The notes beneath the pieces were generated by a model. That model ran no database searches. It was not told the origin of the DNA and saw only the letters and a list, made by a program, of their open reading frames with translations. This document shows, one piece after another, positions 48,122 through 57,596 of a stretch of DNA of 64,000 nt. Source of the DNA: Candidatus Marinacidobacterales bacterium (GTDB taxonomy: Bacteria > Acidobacteriota > Vicinamibacteria > Marinacidobacterales > DATDRI01); contig OZ244742.1 of NCBI GenBank assembly GCA_965219415.1, positions 928,001 through 992,000 on the forward strand, given 5' to 3'. Within the stretch, counting starts at the first letter, position 1; every line of letters begins with the position of its first letter. The translations under genes were made by a program, and so were the position numbers.

Positions 48122-49372
48122 CTACTCCTTGACGACCGGCTCGTAGTCGGTCCCGTAGATCTCGTTGATCTCAGAGTAGATCGGTCCAACGACCTCCGGA
48201 AAGCCTCGCGCACCGGACTTGATGAAATCCGAGAACGGAATCATCTTGCTCAAGTCGGGCGCGTTCTTGGCCTTGAGCGGCGGGCTGGGCCAGATGTCCT
48301 CGTCGATGGCAGACATCCTCACCTTGATGTGATTCTTGGTGACATTGAAGACCATGTAGTCCGCGGCCAAAGCGAGAGGTCCGTCGTAAGTTTTGCGGAC
48401 CCGTTCTCGGACTTCGGGCTCGGTGTCGAAGTCGTTCTGGAAGTGGTAGCCAACGGCGAGCCGCGGCTTGACGAGCGACATCACCTTGCCGAACTGCTCG
48501 GGCGAGGTGTGGGCCTGCGTGCCGACGTTGAGCGCTTCCAGAGGGGCGAACCCCTGCTTCGTGACGAGAAGGGTGGGCGGCAGGAAGCACTCGTGGACGG
48601 CGACGTCCGCGCCTTTGGAGTACTCGATGTACCACTTGTTGGGGGCCGTATCGCTGCCGTAGACAAACGTGAGCCCGTTCCACTCCAGGATGAGCTCACG
48701 GCGCCATCGATGGCGTGGATGGCCGGAATACTCCGGACCACCACGCCGTTTTCGTTGTAGATGACCTCGTTGACGCCGTCGAAGGGAAACTCGTGGACCT
48801 CGAGCGCCTCACCGCGGAAGTCGATGAACCCCGCCCGCGTCCCGATGTCCCAGACGAACGTCTTCTCCATCATGGCCATGGCGTGCGCTGTGCCGTACTC
48901 GGGCATCGCTCCGCTGGGGCCCCAGATCCGAAGCGGCGTGAGCCGGTTCATCGTCGTGCCCCCGAGCCAGAACGTGTCCAGGTCGCCCATGTGGTCTACG
49001 TGCAGGTGACCGATGAAAACTTTATCCAGGTAGTCGTACGGTATTCTTCTGCGCGGCGAGCCGTTCATGGCAACCGGCGCCGATGTCGAAGAGGAACTTG
49101 TCCCCGTTGCCCAGCTCGACCAGCCAGCACGCGGCGGCCTGCTTAGGCCTGGGGATCGGCATACCCGTGCCCAAAGCCACAATCCGCATCTCGTTCGGCG
49201 CTAGATCCTCGGTGCCGGGGTAGTAGACGTCCAGTTCGGGCACAGCCTCGGTGGGCGACCGCCCGGACTGAGCTTCGGCCACCTGACGATTCGCGCTGAG
49301 TGTCAGGGCGGCCAGGAGTCTCACGGTTGCGGCGACTCCTGCAATAAAGGCAAGCATCGTTTTCAGTTTCAT
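48122..49372 (-). pseudogene. secreted MBL-fold hydrolase (RNase Z/AtsA/GntH-like), two frameshifts
   Basis: LGTGMP, FLFDIG.G, HLHVDH, IHAIDG, HTSPEQFG, GYHF spread across three frames. Confidence 0.85.
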
Positions 49373-49459
49373 GAAATTCTATCTCCTCCTTATGAGTCCA
49401 GAATCACACCGTTAGAGGTCGACTTGTCACGGTAACTGGCACGCTTCCCTCGAGCTCGC

Positions 49460-50299
49460 TCAAGCCTGCCTTTTGGGATCTTCGACCACCATGTAGACCG
49501 TATCGCCATCGCTCGCGAACGCGCGATAGTACGTGCCGTCGTGGACGAAGTACTTCTTACCGCCGACGGTTTTCTCCTCCGCCTCTTCGGGGAGGTACGG
49601 CACGGTCGCGCCCACCGGTGCCGTGACGACTTCGTAGTTCTGCTCTTCGCCCCCCTCCTTCATCGGTATGTCGGAAGGATCGTCGGCTTGCTCTGCCGAC
49701 TTTGTTGTCGCTGTGGCGTCGGGCGGGGAAGGCTGTTCCGCCGGCTTCGTGGTCGGGACATAGTAAGTTCCGCTGACGTAGACGTACTCGGTGGTCCCGA
49801 CATAGACCACGGTTGAATACGTCGGTACCGAGTAAACGACCGCGCCCGGCGGAGGCGCGACGACGACATAGCCACTACCCGATGACATGTAGTAAACCCC
49901 GCCCGAGTAGTAGTACGTCGTTCCGGTCACGACGACGGTCGTCGACTGCTTGGGCCTGGTCGCGGCATAGACGCCCAACCTGAACAGACCGGTCACGGTT
50001 CGCCACCGCCAGTAGTCATTCCTGGCATTGTGCCAACCGTGGTAGCTCCCGTGCCGATATCCGGCGCGCGCGGACGACCGGGTTGCAGGCGCCCGAGCTG
50101 TGCCTCGGCCTCGGCTCGTCGTTCGGGTCGTACGGGTCCGCGTGTTGCCTTTCGGGCCGGTTTTGCTGGAATGACGAACGCTCCCGTTTCTCTTCTGCGC
50201 GGAGGCTAACTCCGGAAGCAACGCGCCCCCAACCATCAGGGCCGCGAACACGAACACCAAGGGGCGTTGCACTCTCGAGGTCTTTTGTCTCTTGTTCAT
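49460..50299 (-). CDS. DUF6515-like secreted Tyr/Gly-rich protein
   Basis: Signal; repeated YYY.GG.YY....GYVVVAPP.GAVV units. Confidence 0.75.
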   Translation of the reverse strand: MNKRQKTSRVQRPLVFVFAALMVGGALLPELASAQKRNGSVRHSSKTGPKGNTRTRTTRTTSRGRGTARAPATRSSARAGYRHGSYHGWHNARNDYWRWRTVTGLFRLGVYAATRPKQSTTVVVTGTTYYYSGGVYYMSSGSGYVVVAPPPGAVVYSVPTYSTVVYVGTTEYVYVSGTYYVPTTKPAEQPSPPDATATTKSAEQADDPSDIPMKEGGEEQNYEVVTAPVGATVPYLPEEAEEKTVGGKKYFVHDGTYYRAFASDGDTVYMVVEDPKRQA

Positions 50300-51103
50300 G
50301 GCTTGTCCTCCTCACTAGGCTCACTTGGCTCACTTGGCTGAATGCGTTCTTGAGATGGCAGGAATTCGATCTCGTCCGATCCCGCGGGTGGACGAAACGT
50401 GAAGTAATGATCCGATAGCCGCGGATGGAAGTTCCATTCCGACAGCTCGGCGATGTATTGTGGCGAGCCCGGTTCGTCCTTGTACGTGATGACCAGCCTC
50501 CGCGGCACCGGGCGCGGCCCGACCTCGATCCAGATCTGCCAGTCGATCCCCCTCTTGCCAAAAGGCCAGGTGATGGCACCGGATCCCGTTCACCGGGTGT
50601 TGGCCCACCACGAATCCGTCTTCGACATTCTCGATGAGCGTGCGATATGGATCCGCATAGACGAGATCCGCTATCGGGACGGAAGCACCGTACACCTCGA
50701 AGAGGCGGTCGAGCGCGGCGTCGATCTCGGGTGGGGCTTCCGCCACCGCGTACACGTTCTTGGCGACGTTGTGGAGCGTCACCGTCTTACCGTCGAAGAC
50801 GACTCGACTCTGCCGTTCGTCACCGTTGAACTCGACGTTCAATCGGTTGGGACGACGGATCGATATGTGCGCGACGCCACCAAATAGGATCTTCTGCTCT
50901 CCCTCAATCTCGTCGTAGGCGATGTCGGCTTCAAAAGTGTACTCCTCGGCAGAGCTAAGGTACTCGCCCATCTCGCGCAGGATGCGATCCGCCTGCGCGT
51001 CGACGTCTGACTCCATACGCTGTTGGACGGCGCCAAGCGATCCGGGCAACAGCAGAGTCACCGCCAGCGCCGCACTCCAAATGAAGATTGATCGGTTCGT
51101 CAT
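50296..51103 (-). pseudogene. DUF2092 (LolA-like) periplasmic protein, one frameshift
   Basis: IRRPNRL, FDGKT.TL, P.ADL, CHHLAF, then IDWQIWI...P.RLVIT in a shifted frame; extra base in the C5 run at 50548-50552. Confidence 0.85.
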
Positions 51104-51116
51104 ATCTCGTACCTCC

Positions 51117-52320
51117 TTATGGGAACACCTCTAGCAGAACGGTTCCTTGTGCCGACGCCGGCGCCGTCATCCCCAGTAGGGCGGCAATAGTGGGCGCCAC
51201 GTCGGCAGGCTGGACGCGGCGGTGCACGACCCGGGGCGGGATCCCGTAACCGACGAAGATTACGGGGACGTGTGTGTCGTAGTTCCACGGTGACCCGTGC
51301 GCCGCGACAACCGCGCCCTTGTCGAAATTGAACCAGTAGGGATCCTGAACGATGTAGATATCGCCGGCGCGAGTCTCGTGGTAGTTGTTCCGGATCTGCC
51401 CGACGAGTTTCGAGTTCGGCAACGCGTTGAGACCTTCGCGGCGAGTGACGGCTAGGTGGATGCCAGGTTCGAGCGTCAGGGCATCGGCCACTCGTTCCCG
51501 CACGGCCTGCGGATCCAGCCCAGTAGCTACGACGCGATCGGTATCGAGGTAGAGGTACGGTCGATAGTAGAACTTCACGAGGCCGTCGAGCCCAAAGAGC
51601 TCGCCAGTGATTCGATCCACTGCGGCCAGGATGACGTCGGGCGTCAGTCGCCCTGCAACGAATCCACGCTCGGCCATGTACTCCGGCATTTCCGCCATGC
51701 CGTGATCGGCCGACAAGACGATTAGGGTTTTGTCCAGGCCGACATGGCGATCGATGAAGCCGAGGAAGTCCGCCAGCGTGCGATCGAGCTGAAGCACCAT
51801 GTCCTCGTTTTCCAAACTGGAGGGGCCGAAGAAGTGATTGACGGCGTCCACGCCGGAGAAGCTGACCGACAAGTAGTCCGGAATTGTGTCCTTTCCCAAC
51901 CCCTCGTTTGCGATCAAGGCCTTCGCAAAGTCTGCCAAGAGACGGTCGCCCATCGGACTTGCGATGACTTGTGTGTAGAGCAGCTTGTTCCCCGCTGCGC
52001 CCAACTGGTGCGGAAAGGTGCGACCGTAACCACGCAGGTCGGCCTCGTACGGGCGATCATCCTGGTGCGCGAGAAGATAAGTCGTCGGATCGCGCAGCAG
52101 GGACCAAAACTGTTCGGTGTGGTTGGTTCGCCTTGCGTTCCGCATTCCATGCAGCAACCCAGTCCGGGTAGGCGTCGTAGTACCAAGCGGACGACCCGAT
52201 GACGGGAGTGATCTGAAAACGCACCTCCTGAGCCTCTTCACCAGCGCCCGAATCCTGAGCATGAGCCGCTGGGGCGCCGGACACGAGCTGAACCGCCAAC
52301 ACCAACCACCCTCTATCCAT
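51117..52320 (-). pseudogene. alkaline phosphatase (PafA-like) C-terminal half fused to an unrelated signal peptide
   Basis: DYLSVSFS..D...H.FGP.S.E, SADHG, HGSPWNYDTHVP; N-terminal catalytic half absent; frameshift near 52120. Confidence 0.8.
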
Positions 52321-53462
52321 GCTCTTCCGCGAGCTCGAGTGTCGACGGATGGAAGAGCCCCTCGATCGTGAGCTTCCGGCTGGCCAGACCCTGTTCGTAG
52401 GAGTACCGGAACAGTGCCTCGAGCGCCTTGCGGTTCGGCGCGATGCCGTACGGCCAGTAGTTGTCACCCATGAGCTCGCGGGTTTCCTCGAGCTCCTGCC
52501 CGATCCACGGGAGCGTAATTTTGTACCAGGCGCTGTGCAGCAAGAAGCCGTACGTCAGCTGTTTGGCCTGCGAATAGGCCTCGAACACAGCCGCCGGCAA
52601 ACCAGGGATTGTTTTCGATGACGTCATTCCGGATGGCAACCGGGTGCATGATCGGAAAGATGCCGGTCTTCGCGAAGTACGCGCGTTCCGCCTTGCGGTA
52701 ATCCGGAAAGAGCCGCCCGACAATTGGATTGCCTTCCATATACGCCCGCGGCTCGGCGGCATGGAACAGAGCATCCACGTCTCCGGCGACTAGTAGGTCG
52801 GATTCGTCTTTGCCCTCGGGACCTTCGCTGATGGAGACGCCCTTGGGCAGTATGTTTTCCTGCTTGGACGCTTTACCTCCTGCCGAGGCCTTGGACGTCA
52901 CGATCCACTCCACGTCGCGGGGCTCGAGGCCGTACTCCTCCTTGAAAGTGCCCCGGATCCAGGTCAGGGAGCTCGATGAATAACCCGGCGTCGCAATCTT
53001 CTTGCCCCGCAAATCTTGGGGACCTTTGATGCCGCGATCGGTGCGGACGAAAACGCTCTTGTGCCGGAACGTGCGCAACGGGAAGACCGGGATCAGACTG
53101 TAGTCCCGAAAACCGTCGTTGGCATAAGCCAGCATGAACGGATGCAAACCGATCTCGGTCACTTCCCGCGTCTGCGGACCGCTGAATACGTGCACGTTCA
53201 TTTCGCCGACGCTCGAAACCTCGAAGCTCACCTCGGCGCCCTCGATCGGCACACGCCCGTCGATCAACGCGGCAACACGGTCGAAGTCGTACCCCGCCAT
53301 CTGTATGCGGAGCCCCTTCGACTCGGCGGTGGACCGCGATGTCGCGGCGCTGTCACAGGCGCTTAACGCGCCGGCCGCGCCCGCGGCTACGGCTGCTGTC
53401 TTGATGAAGTCACGGCGGGAGGTGCCTTGATTTTTCCGCCCTATCCCTTTACTGGTACTCAT
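52313..53462 (-). pseudogene. 4,5-dihydroxyphthalate decarboxylase-like / periplasmic-binding-fold protein with Tat lipoprotein signal, one frameshift
   Basis: SRRDFIK...LSAC; IPVFP.R.FRH, GIFPIMH, WPYGI..NR..LE; frameshift near 52600. Confidence 0.8.
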
Positions 53463-53546
53463 CGATACCTCCTCTCGCGCGCACGCCACTCCGGGCTCCC
53501 ATTCACGCTTGCCCTCCCGCCGCTGCTGCGGCCGGATCCAGGAGCT

Positions 53547-55235
53547 CTACCTGGAAGAGCTCGGCCTGGAACCCTCTTTCTTGGGCTGCCGTGACAAGAA
53601 GATCTCGAGCATCTCTTTGGTCTCTGGCCTAAGGTTTTCGATTCCTTCGTAGGGCGGTGCATGAGTAGGACCCCGGTCGGGGTACTTCATCTTCATCATC
53701 ATGTGCCGCTTGACCATGTTGGCGAATTGCCCGCCAGCCCACGGACCGTATTTGATCGAATCGATCGGGCGCTCTTCCCGGGGATCGCGGTAGAGATCGA
53801 AGATCGCCGCTGCGATCGGGTTCGATCCGGGAGGGGGCACATGCATCTTGTACTTGTTCCTGACGACCGATTTGAGGACGGTCCCCTCGTAGATATGCAC
53901 GTAGTCCCGGCGCCCGTGCCCCTCGCCGAGTAGCAACACTCCGCTCTGGTCCAGACCGTCGATGAGTCTGTCGCGGGGGACGCCGTTCATCGTGTTGGCC
54001 AGGCGAGCGAACGTGGTGAACAGGTCGGAGACGTGGATGATGTCCCCGGCATACGATCCGGCCTCGATGACGCCCGGCCAGCGTACGAAGGCGTTGACTC
54101 GCACACCGCCTTCCAGGTGGTCGGCCTTACCGCCGCGATAGATACGATCTGACTGGCCCGACGCCCCGGCGTACTGCATGAAAGGTCCGTTGTCACCCAT
54201 CACGATGACGATCGTATTGTCAGCAATGCCCAGATTGTCCACCTCGGCGACGATGTCTCCGATCCACCCGTCGACCTCGGCGATACTCGCCGGAATGGTC
54301 CCGCCATTGAGGGTAAGGGCTCCGGTATCGTCACGGTTGAAGACAAGGGGTGCCAGTGGCCAGTAGTTCAAGAAGAAGGGCTTGTCCTGCTTGGCGAGCG
54401 AGCGAAGCTGCTCCAGGGCATGATCTTGGTAACGCTGATTCATCTCCTTGTACTTCTGCTGATTCCACTGTTCGCCGGGCTGCAGATCGACCTCGTACAG
54501 CTTCCCGTCACGCACTTCGACGCCGGTGACCATCGCGCTGGGGCTGGCAACAAAGGTGCGATCCAGAGTAAAGGTCTGTGCCTCGTTGGCCGGGTTGACA
54601 CCACGAATGACGTCTGCCGCCTCGGCGTCTTCGTGCATGATGGCAAGCTGTCCCTGCTGGTGAATCGGGAACTCGGCATGCATGAAACCCTGGTTGTGGG
54701 CATAGGCCTGCGCGATATCACCCATATGCCACTTGCCTACATGCGAAGTGTTGTAGCCGGCATCCCTGAGCACTTCGGCGATCGTGACTTCATCTCCAGG
54801 CAATCCGTCGCCAGCGATCGTTGCTTTCGCTTCGGTCAGCCCCGTCCGGATAGGGTAGCGTCCAGTCATCATCGCCACGCGGGTGGGTGTACAGGAGGGC
54901 TCTGTGTACATCCGCTGGAGGCTCATACCCTGCCTGGCAAGAGCACTGATATTGGGTGTGTTGTAGCCGCGGACGACACTAAAGTCGGGCATTCCGATCT
55001 CGCCGAAACCCAGATCATCGAGCAGGATGTAGACGATGTTGGGTGGCTTGCCGCCGTTACGCGTGCGAATCTCCGTCAATCTAGCCTCGATTGCCAGATC
55101 GTCCGACGCCCAGCGTTCGCCGTTCTGGGCCGCCAAAATGTAGTACTCGGCGTCGTGCACGATTTGTGCGGTGGCCGGTATGACTCCCCAAGTCGCAAGA
55201 GCCAACACAGCAAAGAGAATGCTTTTCTTCGTCAC
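53547..55235 (-). CDS. secreted arylsulfatase (Cys/FGly type)
   Basis: PNIVYILLDDLG, SCTPTR (CxPxR), GKWH, GDNG, EGGVRV; GTG start with GAGGAG RBS. Confidence 0.93.
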   Translation of the reverse strand: MTKKSILFAVLALATWGVIPATAQIVHDAEYYILAAQNGERWASDDLAIEARLTEIRTRNGGKPPNIVYILLDDLGFGEIGMPDFSVVRGYNTPNISALARQGMSLQRMYTEPSCTPTRVAMMTGRYPIRTGLTEAKATIAGDGLPGDEVTIAEVLRDAGYNTSHVGKWHMGDIAQAYAHNQGFMHAEFPIHQQGQLAIMHEDAEAADVIRGVNPANEAQTFTLDRTFVASPSAMVTGVEVRDGKLYEVDLQPGEQWNQQKYKEMNQRYQDHALEQLRSLAKQDKPFFLNYWPLAPLVFNRDDTGALTLNGGTIPASIAEVDGWIGDIVAEVDNLGIADNTIVIVMGDNGPFMQYAGASGQSDRIYRGGKADHLEGGVRVNAFVRWPGVIEAGSYAGDIIHVSDLFTTFARLANTMNGVPRDRLIDGLDQSGVLLLGEGHGRRDYVHIYEGTVLKSVVRNKYKMHVPPPGSNPIAAAIFDLYRDPREERPIDSIKYGPWAGGQFANMVKRHMMMKMKYPDRGPTHAPPYEGIENLRPETKEMLEIFLSRQPKKEGSRPSSSR

Positions 55236-55370
55236 TTTTTCCTCCTCTATCGCGATGGAAGACAAATGAAAGATGTGCGCATTTTTCGAATCTCGTCATC
55301 CAAAACTTCCACCCAACGCGAGATCACCTGAGCCTCCTTACCATCTGCCAGATTGCTCCTAGGATCTGCT

Positions 55371-55890
55371 CTAGCTAGCCGGCTTGGGTGGGTACTTCTT
55401 GAACATCTTTTCCATGGACTTGTTGATTTTCTTCTCGTTCTTCTCCGGCTTGTCACTGACGGTGTCGGTAGCTGTGCCCCGCCAGACGAGGTTTTTCGTC
55501 TCCGCATCCCAGATGTCGACGACAAGCGTTCCCTTCAAGTAGGTTTGAGTGGTGGCGGTGGTCGTGCCTCCACCCGCCCACCCTCGCCGATATCCATATC
55601 CATACGAGGATGCCGTCACTCTTACCTCTTGTTTCCCGGAGGCGTGGTAGGTCACGTAGACGTCCGGATCGTCTTCGACCTTCGTCAAACCCTTCTTGGA
55701 CAGCTGCTCCGCGATGGCGTCTACGATGCGTTCGTGCATGAGTGGATTCGGGACCGCAACCCCCGGCTGGTAGTCATAGGATCGACACTTCGAAAAATCC
55801 GCCTGGTCATCGAAGTCGACGTTGACCTTCTGTGCCAGGCAAGGCGCCGCAACCAAAACCATGACGGCGAATAGAACTCAGCTTTTTCAT
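55371..55890 (-). CDS. DUF4136 protein (frameshift within the signal peptide)
   Basis: DFD..ADFSK, GTLVVDIWDA....LVWRG.A, MFKKYPP; ATG 55890 with GGAGGAG RBS is 1 nt out of frame. Confidence 0.8.
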
Positions 55891-56227
55891 GTTCTCCTCC
55901 TACCTATGTCTTTGTTTTCTGGCCTCACATCTTTGCGAGCGCCCTCACGTGGGCGCTCGAGGTGAGCGAGGGAAGCTCGAGAAAGAAGGCGGCATTAATG
56001 GAGCCCCGAAATTCTTCGCACAATCCGTAAAAATACGGGTTTTCTCTACCGTATATGTCCCGGAATTCTTCGAATCTGCGTATATGACAACAATTTGGAT
56101 TGCAAATTGCCACGATCTGACGACACCGTTGTGTGCTCGTTGCTGGGCTCCTCCCCACTACACGAAGAACTCAAGCGAAATCCGCCAAGCAAGCTCCTCC
56201 GGACCCCTTGGTGGTAGGCTATGCGGC

Positions 56228-56503
56228 GTGAGTACCGCTTCCGAGGCCACCCAGATTCTCATTGCCCTAAGCGGCGGAGACCGTTCCTGTGTGAACCGGC
56301 TCATGGAGCTGGTCTACGGGGAGCGGTTCGCCACCGGATGAGCTCGACGAGCTCGTGGTCCGTTGCCTGGCGAGAGATCCGAAGGATCGTCCTCAATCCG
56401 TCGATGTGATTATTGAGGTCCTGGACCGCCTAGCCGAATCCATCCGTGGAGCCAGGAAGAGGCCCGCAATTGGTGGACACCCCACCGAGCGGTCGCGTCC
56501 TGA
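56228..56503 (+). pseudogene. chimeric remnant: ECF sigma factor N-terminus joined to Ser/Thr kinase C-terminus
   Basis: EATQIL.....GD.....RLMELVY.E (TIGR02999-like start) followed by ELDELVVRCLARDPKDRPQS and PWSQEEARNWW. Confidence 0.65.
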
Positions 56504-56554
56504 ACTTAGGAGCCGCTGGGACTAGCGACACCGGGTGCATCTGGCCAATCACCT

Positions 56555-56591
56555 TTGTAAACCTTGGGTTAGCAGTTATACTAATGGTATG
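56555..56591 (+). promoter_or_regulatory. promoter/operator of the MazEF-type module (probably leaderless)
   Basis: TTGTAA-16 bp-TATACT, 6 nt before the ATG; ATAC-N5-GTAT palindrome over the start. Confidence 0.5.
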
Positions 56592-56825
56592 AAGACGGCG
56601 ATCTCGATTCCAGACAAGATTTTCAAGAAGGCGGACCGACTCGCCCGCCGACTGGGCATTTCTCGAAGTCAGCTTTACAGGGAAGCCGTCGAGGCTTACG
56701 TAAACCGACGCCGGCCGGAATCGATCACGGAAGCCATGAATCGGGTGGTGGACGAAGTTGGTCCCTCCGGGGACGATTTCGTCTCAGCTGCAGCTGGTAA
56801 TGTGTTGGAACGGGCGGAGTGGTAG
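56589..56825 (+). CDS. RHH antitoxin (ChpI/MazE-like)
   Basis: MKTAISIPD.IF..AD.LA.RLG.SRS.LY..A. Confidence 0.88.
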   Translation: MKTAISIPDKIFKKADRLARRLGISRSQLYREAVEAYVNRRRPESITEAMNRVVDEVGPSGDDFVSAAAGNVLERAEW

Positions 56826-57163
56826 TTCGCCAAGGCGACGTGTGGTGGGCCGACCTCCCCGCGCCGGCCGGTTCCAGACCAGGGTTCCGACGTCCAGTCT
56901 TAGTTGTTCAGGGCGACCCGCTGAACCGCAGCCGACTGGCAACCGTGGTGTGTGTGCCACTCACCAGCAATCTCAAATGGCAGGATGCCCCTGGCAACGT
57001 ACTCCTTGGGCAACGTGCATCAGGACTCCCGAAAGATTCTGTAGCGAACGTCTCGCAGATCATCGCCGTCGACCGCGCTTTCTTCACGGACCAAGTGGGG
57101 CGAATACCGAGTCGCTTACTCGCACAAGTCGTGGAGGGTATCGACGTTATCCTGGATCGGTGA
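56819..57163 (+). CDS. PemK/MazF-family toxin
   Basis: QGDVWWADL..P.GS.PG.RRPVLVVQ, VPLTSN, DSVANVSQI. Confidence 0.93.
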   Translation: MVVRQGDVWWADLPAPAGSRPGFRRPVLVVQGDPLNRSRLATVVCVPLTSNLKWQDAPGNVLLGQRASGLPKDSVANVSQIIAVDRAFFTDQVGRIPSRLLAQVVEGIDVILDR

Positions 57164-57233
57164 GCAGTTTTCCCCAACCGTGGAGCCAGGAAGGGGCCCG
57201 TAGTTGGTGGACACACCAACGAGCGGTAGCGTC

Positions 57234-57596
57234 CTGAGCGGGCAACGCGTTCTCATCGAAGGCATCGGGGGTGTTGGTGGTGTCTTAGCCGCCAAGATGA
57301 TCCGGGACGGCCACTCCCCAACATTGGTAACCGGCAACTCAGAGATCACCGAAGCTATCAATCGTAGCGGTCTGGATCTGACCACCTCAGACAACGAGTT
57401 CATCGTTCCTGCCCGAGCTTTCACTTCCCTATCGGAGTTACCGACGGGCGCGAAGTTCGACGCTGCCTATCTCCTCATGAAAGCGAATGGCGTCGTTGCG
57501 CCGGTCAACGAAACTGTCGTGCGCCTCGTGAAAGAGATCGAACAAGGTCGGCGCTCCATCGACCCCCGGAATCTCGAGGAGATCCCTCAGTCCTGA
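57234..57596 (+). pseudogene. ketopantoate reductase (PanE/ApbA) with a large internal deletion
   Basis: GIGGVGG.LA Rossmann motif...LLMKA joined directly to the C-terminal APVNETVVRLVKEIE. Confidence 0.7.

Larger units (their letters stand above)
56444..57237 (+). repeat. 60-bp imperfect direct repeat flanking the MazEF-type module
   Basis: 56444-56503 versus 57178-57237, 54/60 identical, both ending in TGA. Confidence 0.9.

Noticed and set aside
48122-49372. Guanitoxin biosynthesis cluster, from GntH-like similarity
   Set aside because: No other gnt-type genes; this MBL family is widespread
55889-56227. 150-aa ORF 55889-56341 as a real gene
   Set aside because: Only its last ~37 codons resemble an ECF sigma factor; the rest is AT-richer divergent promoter DNA
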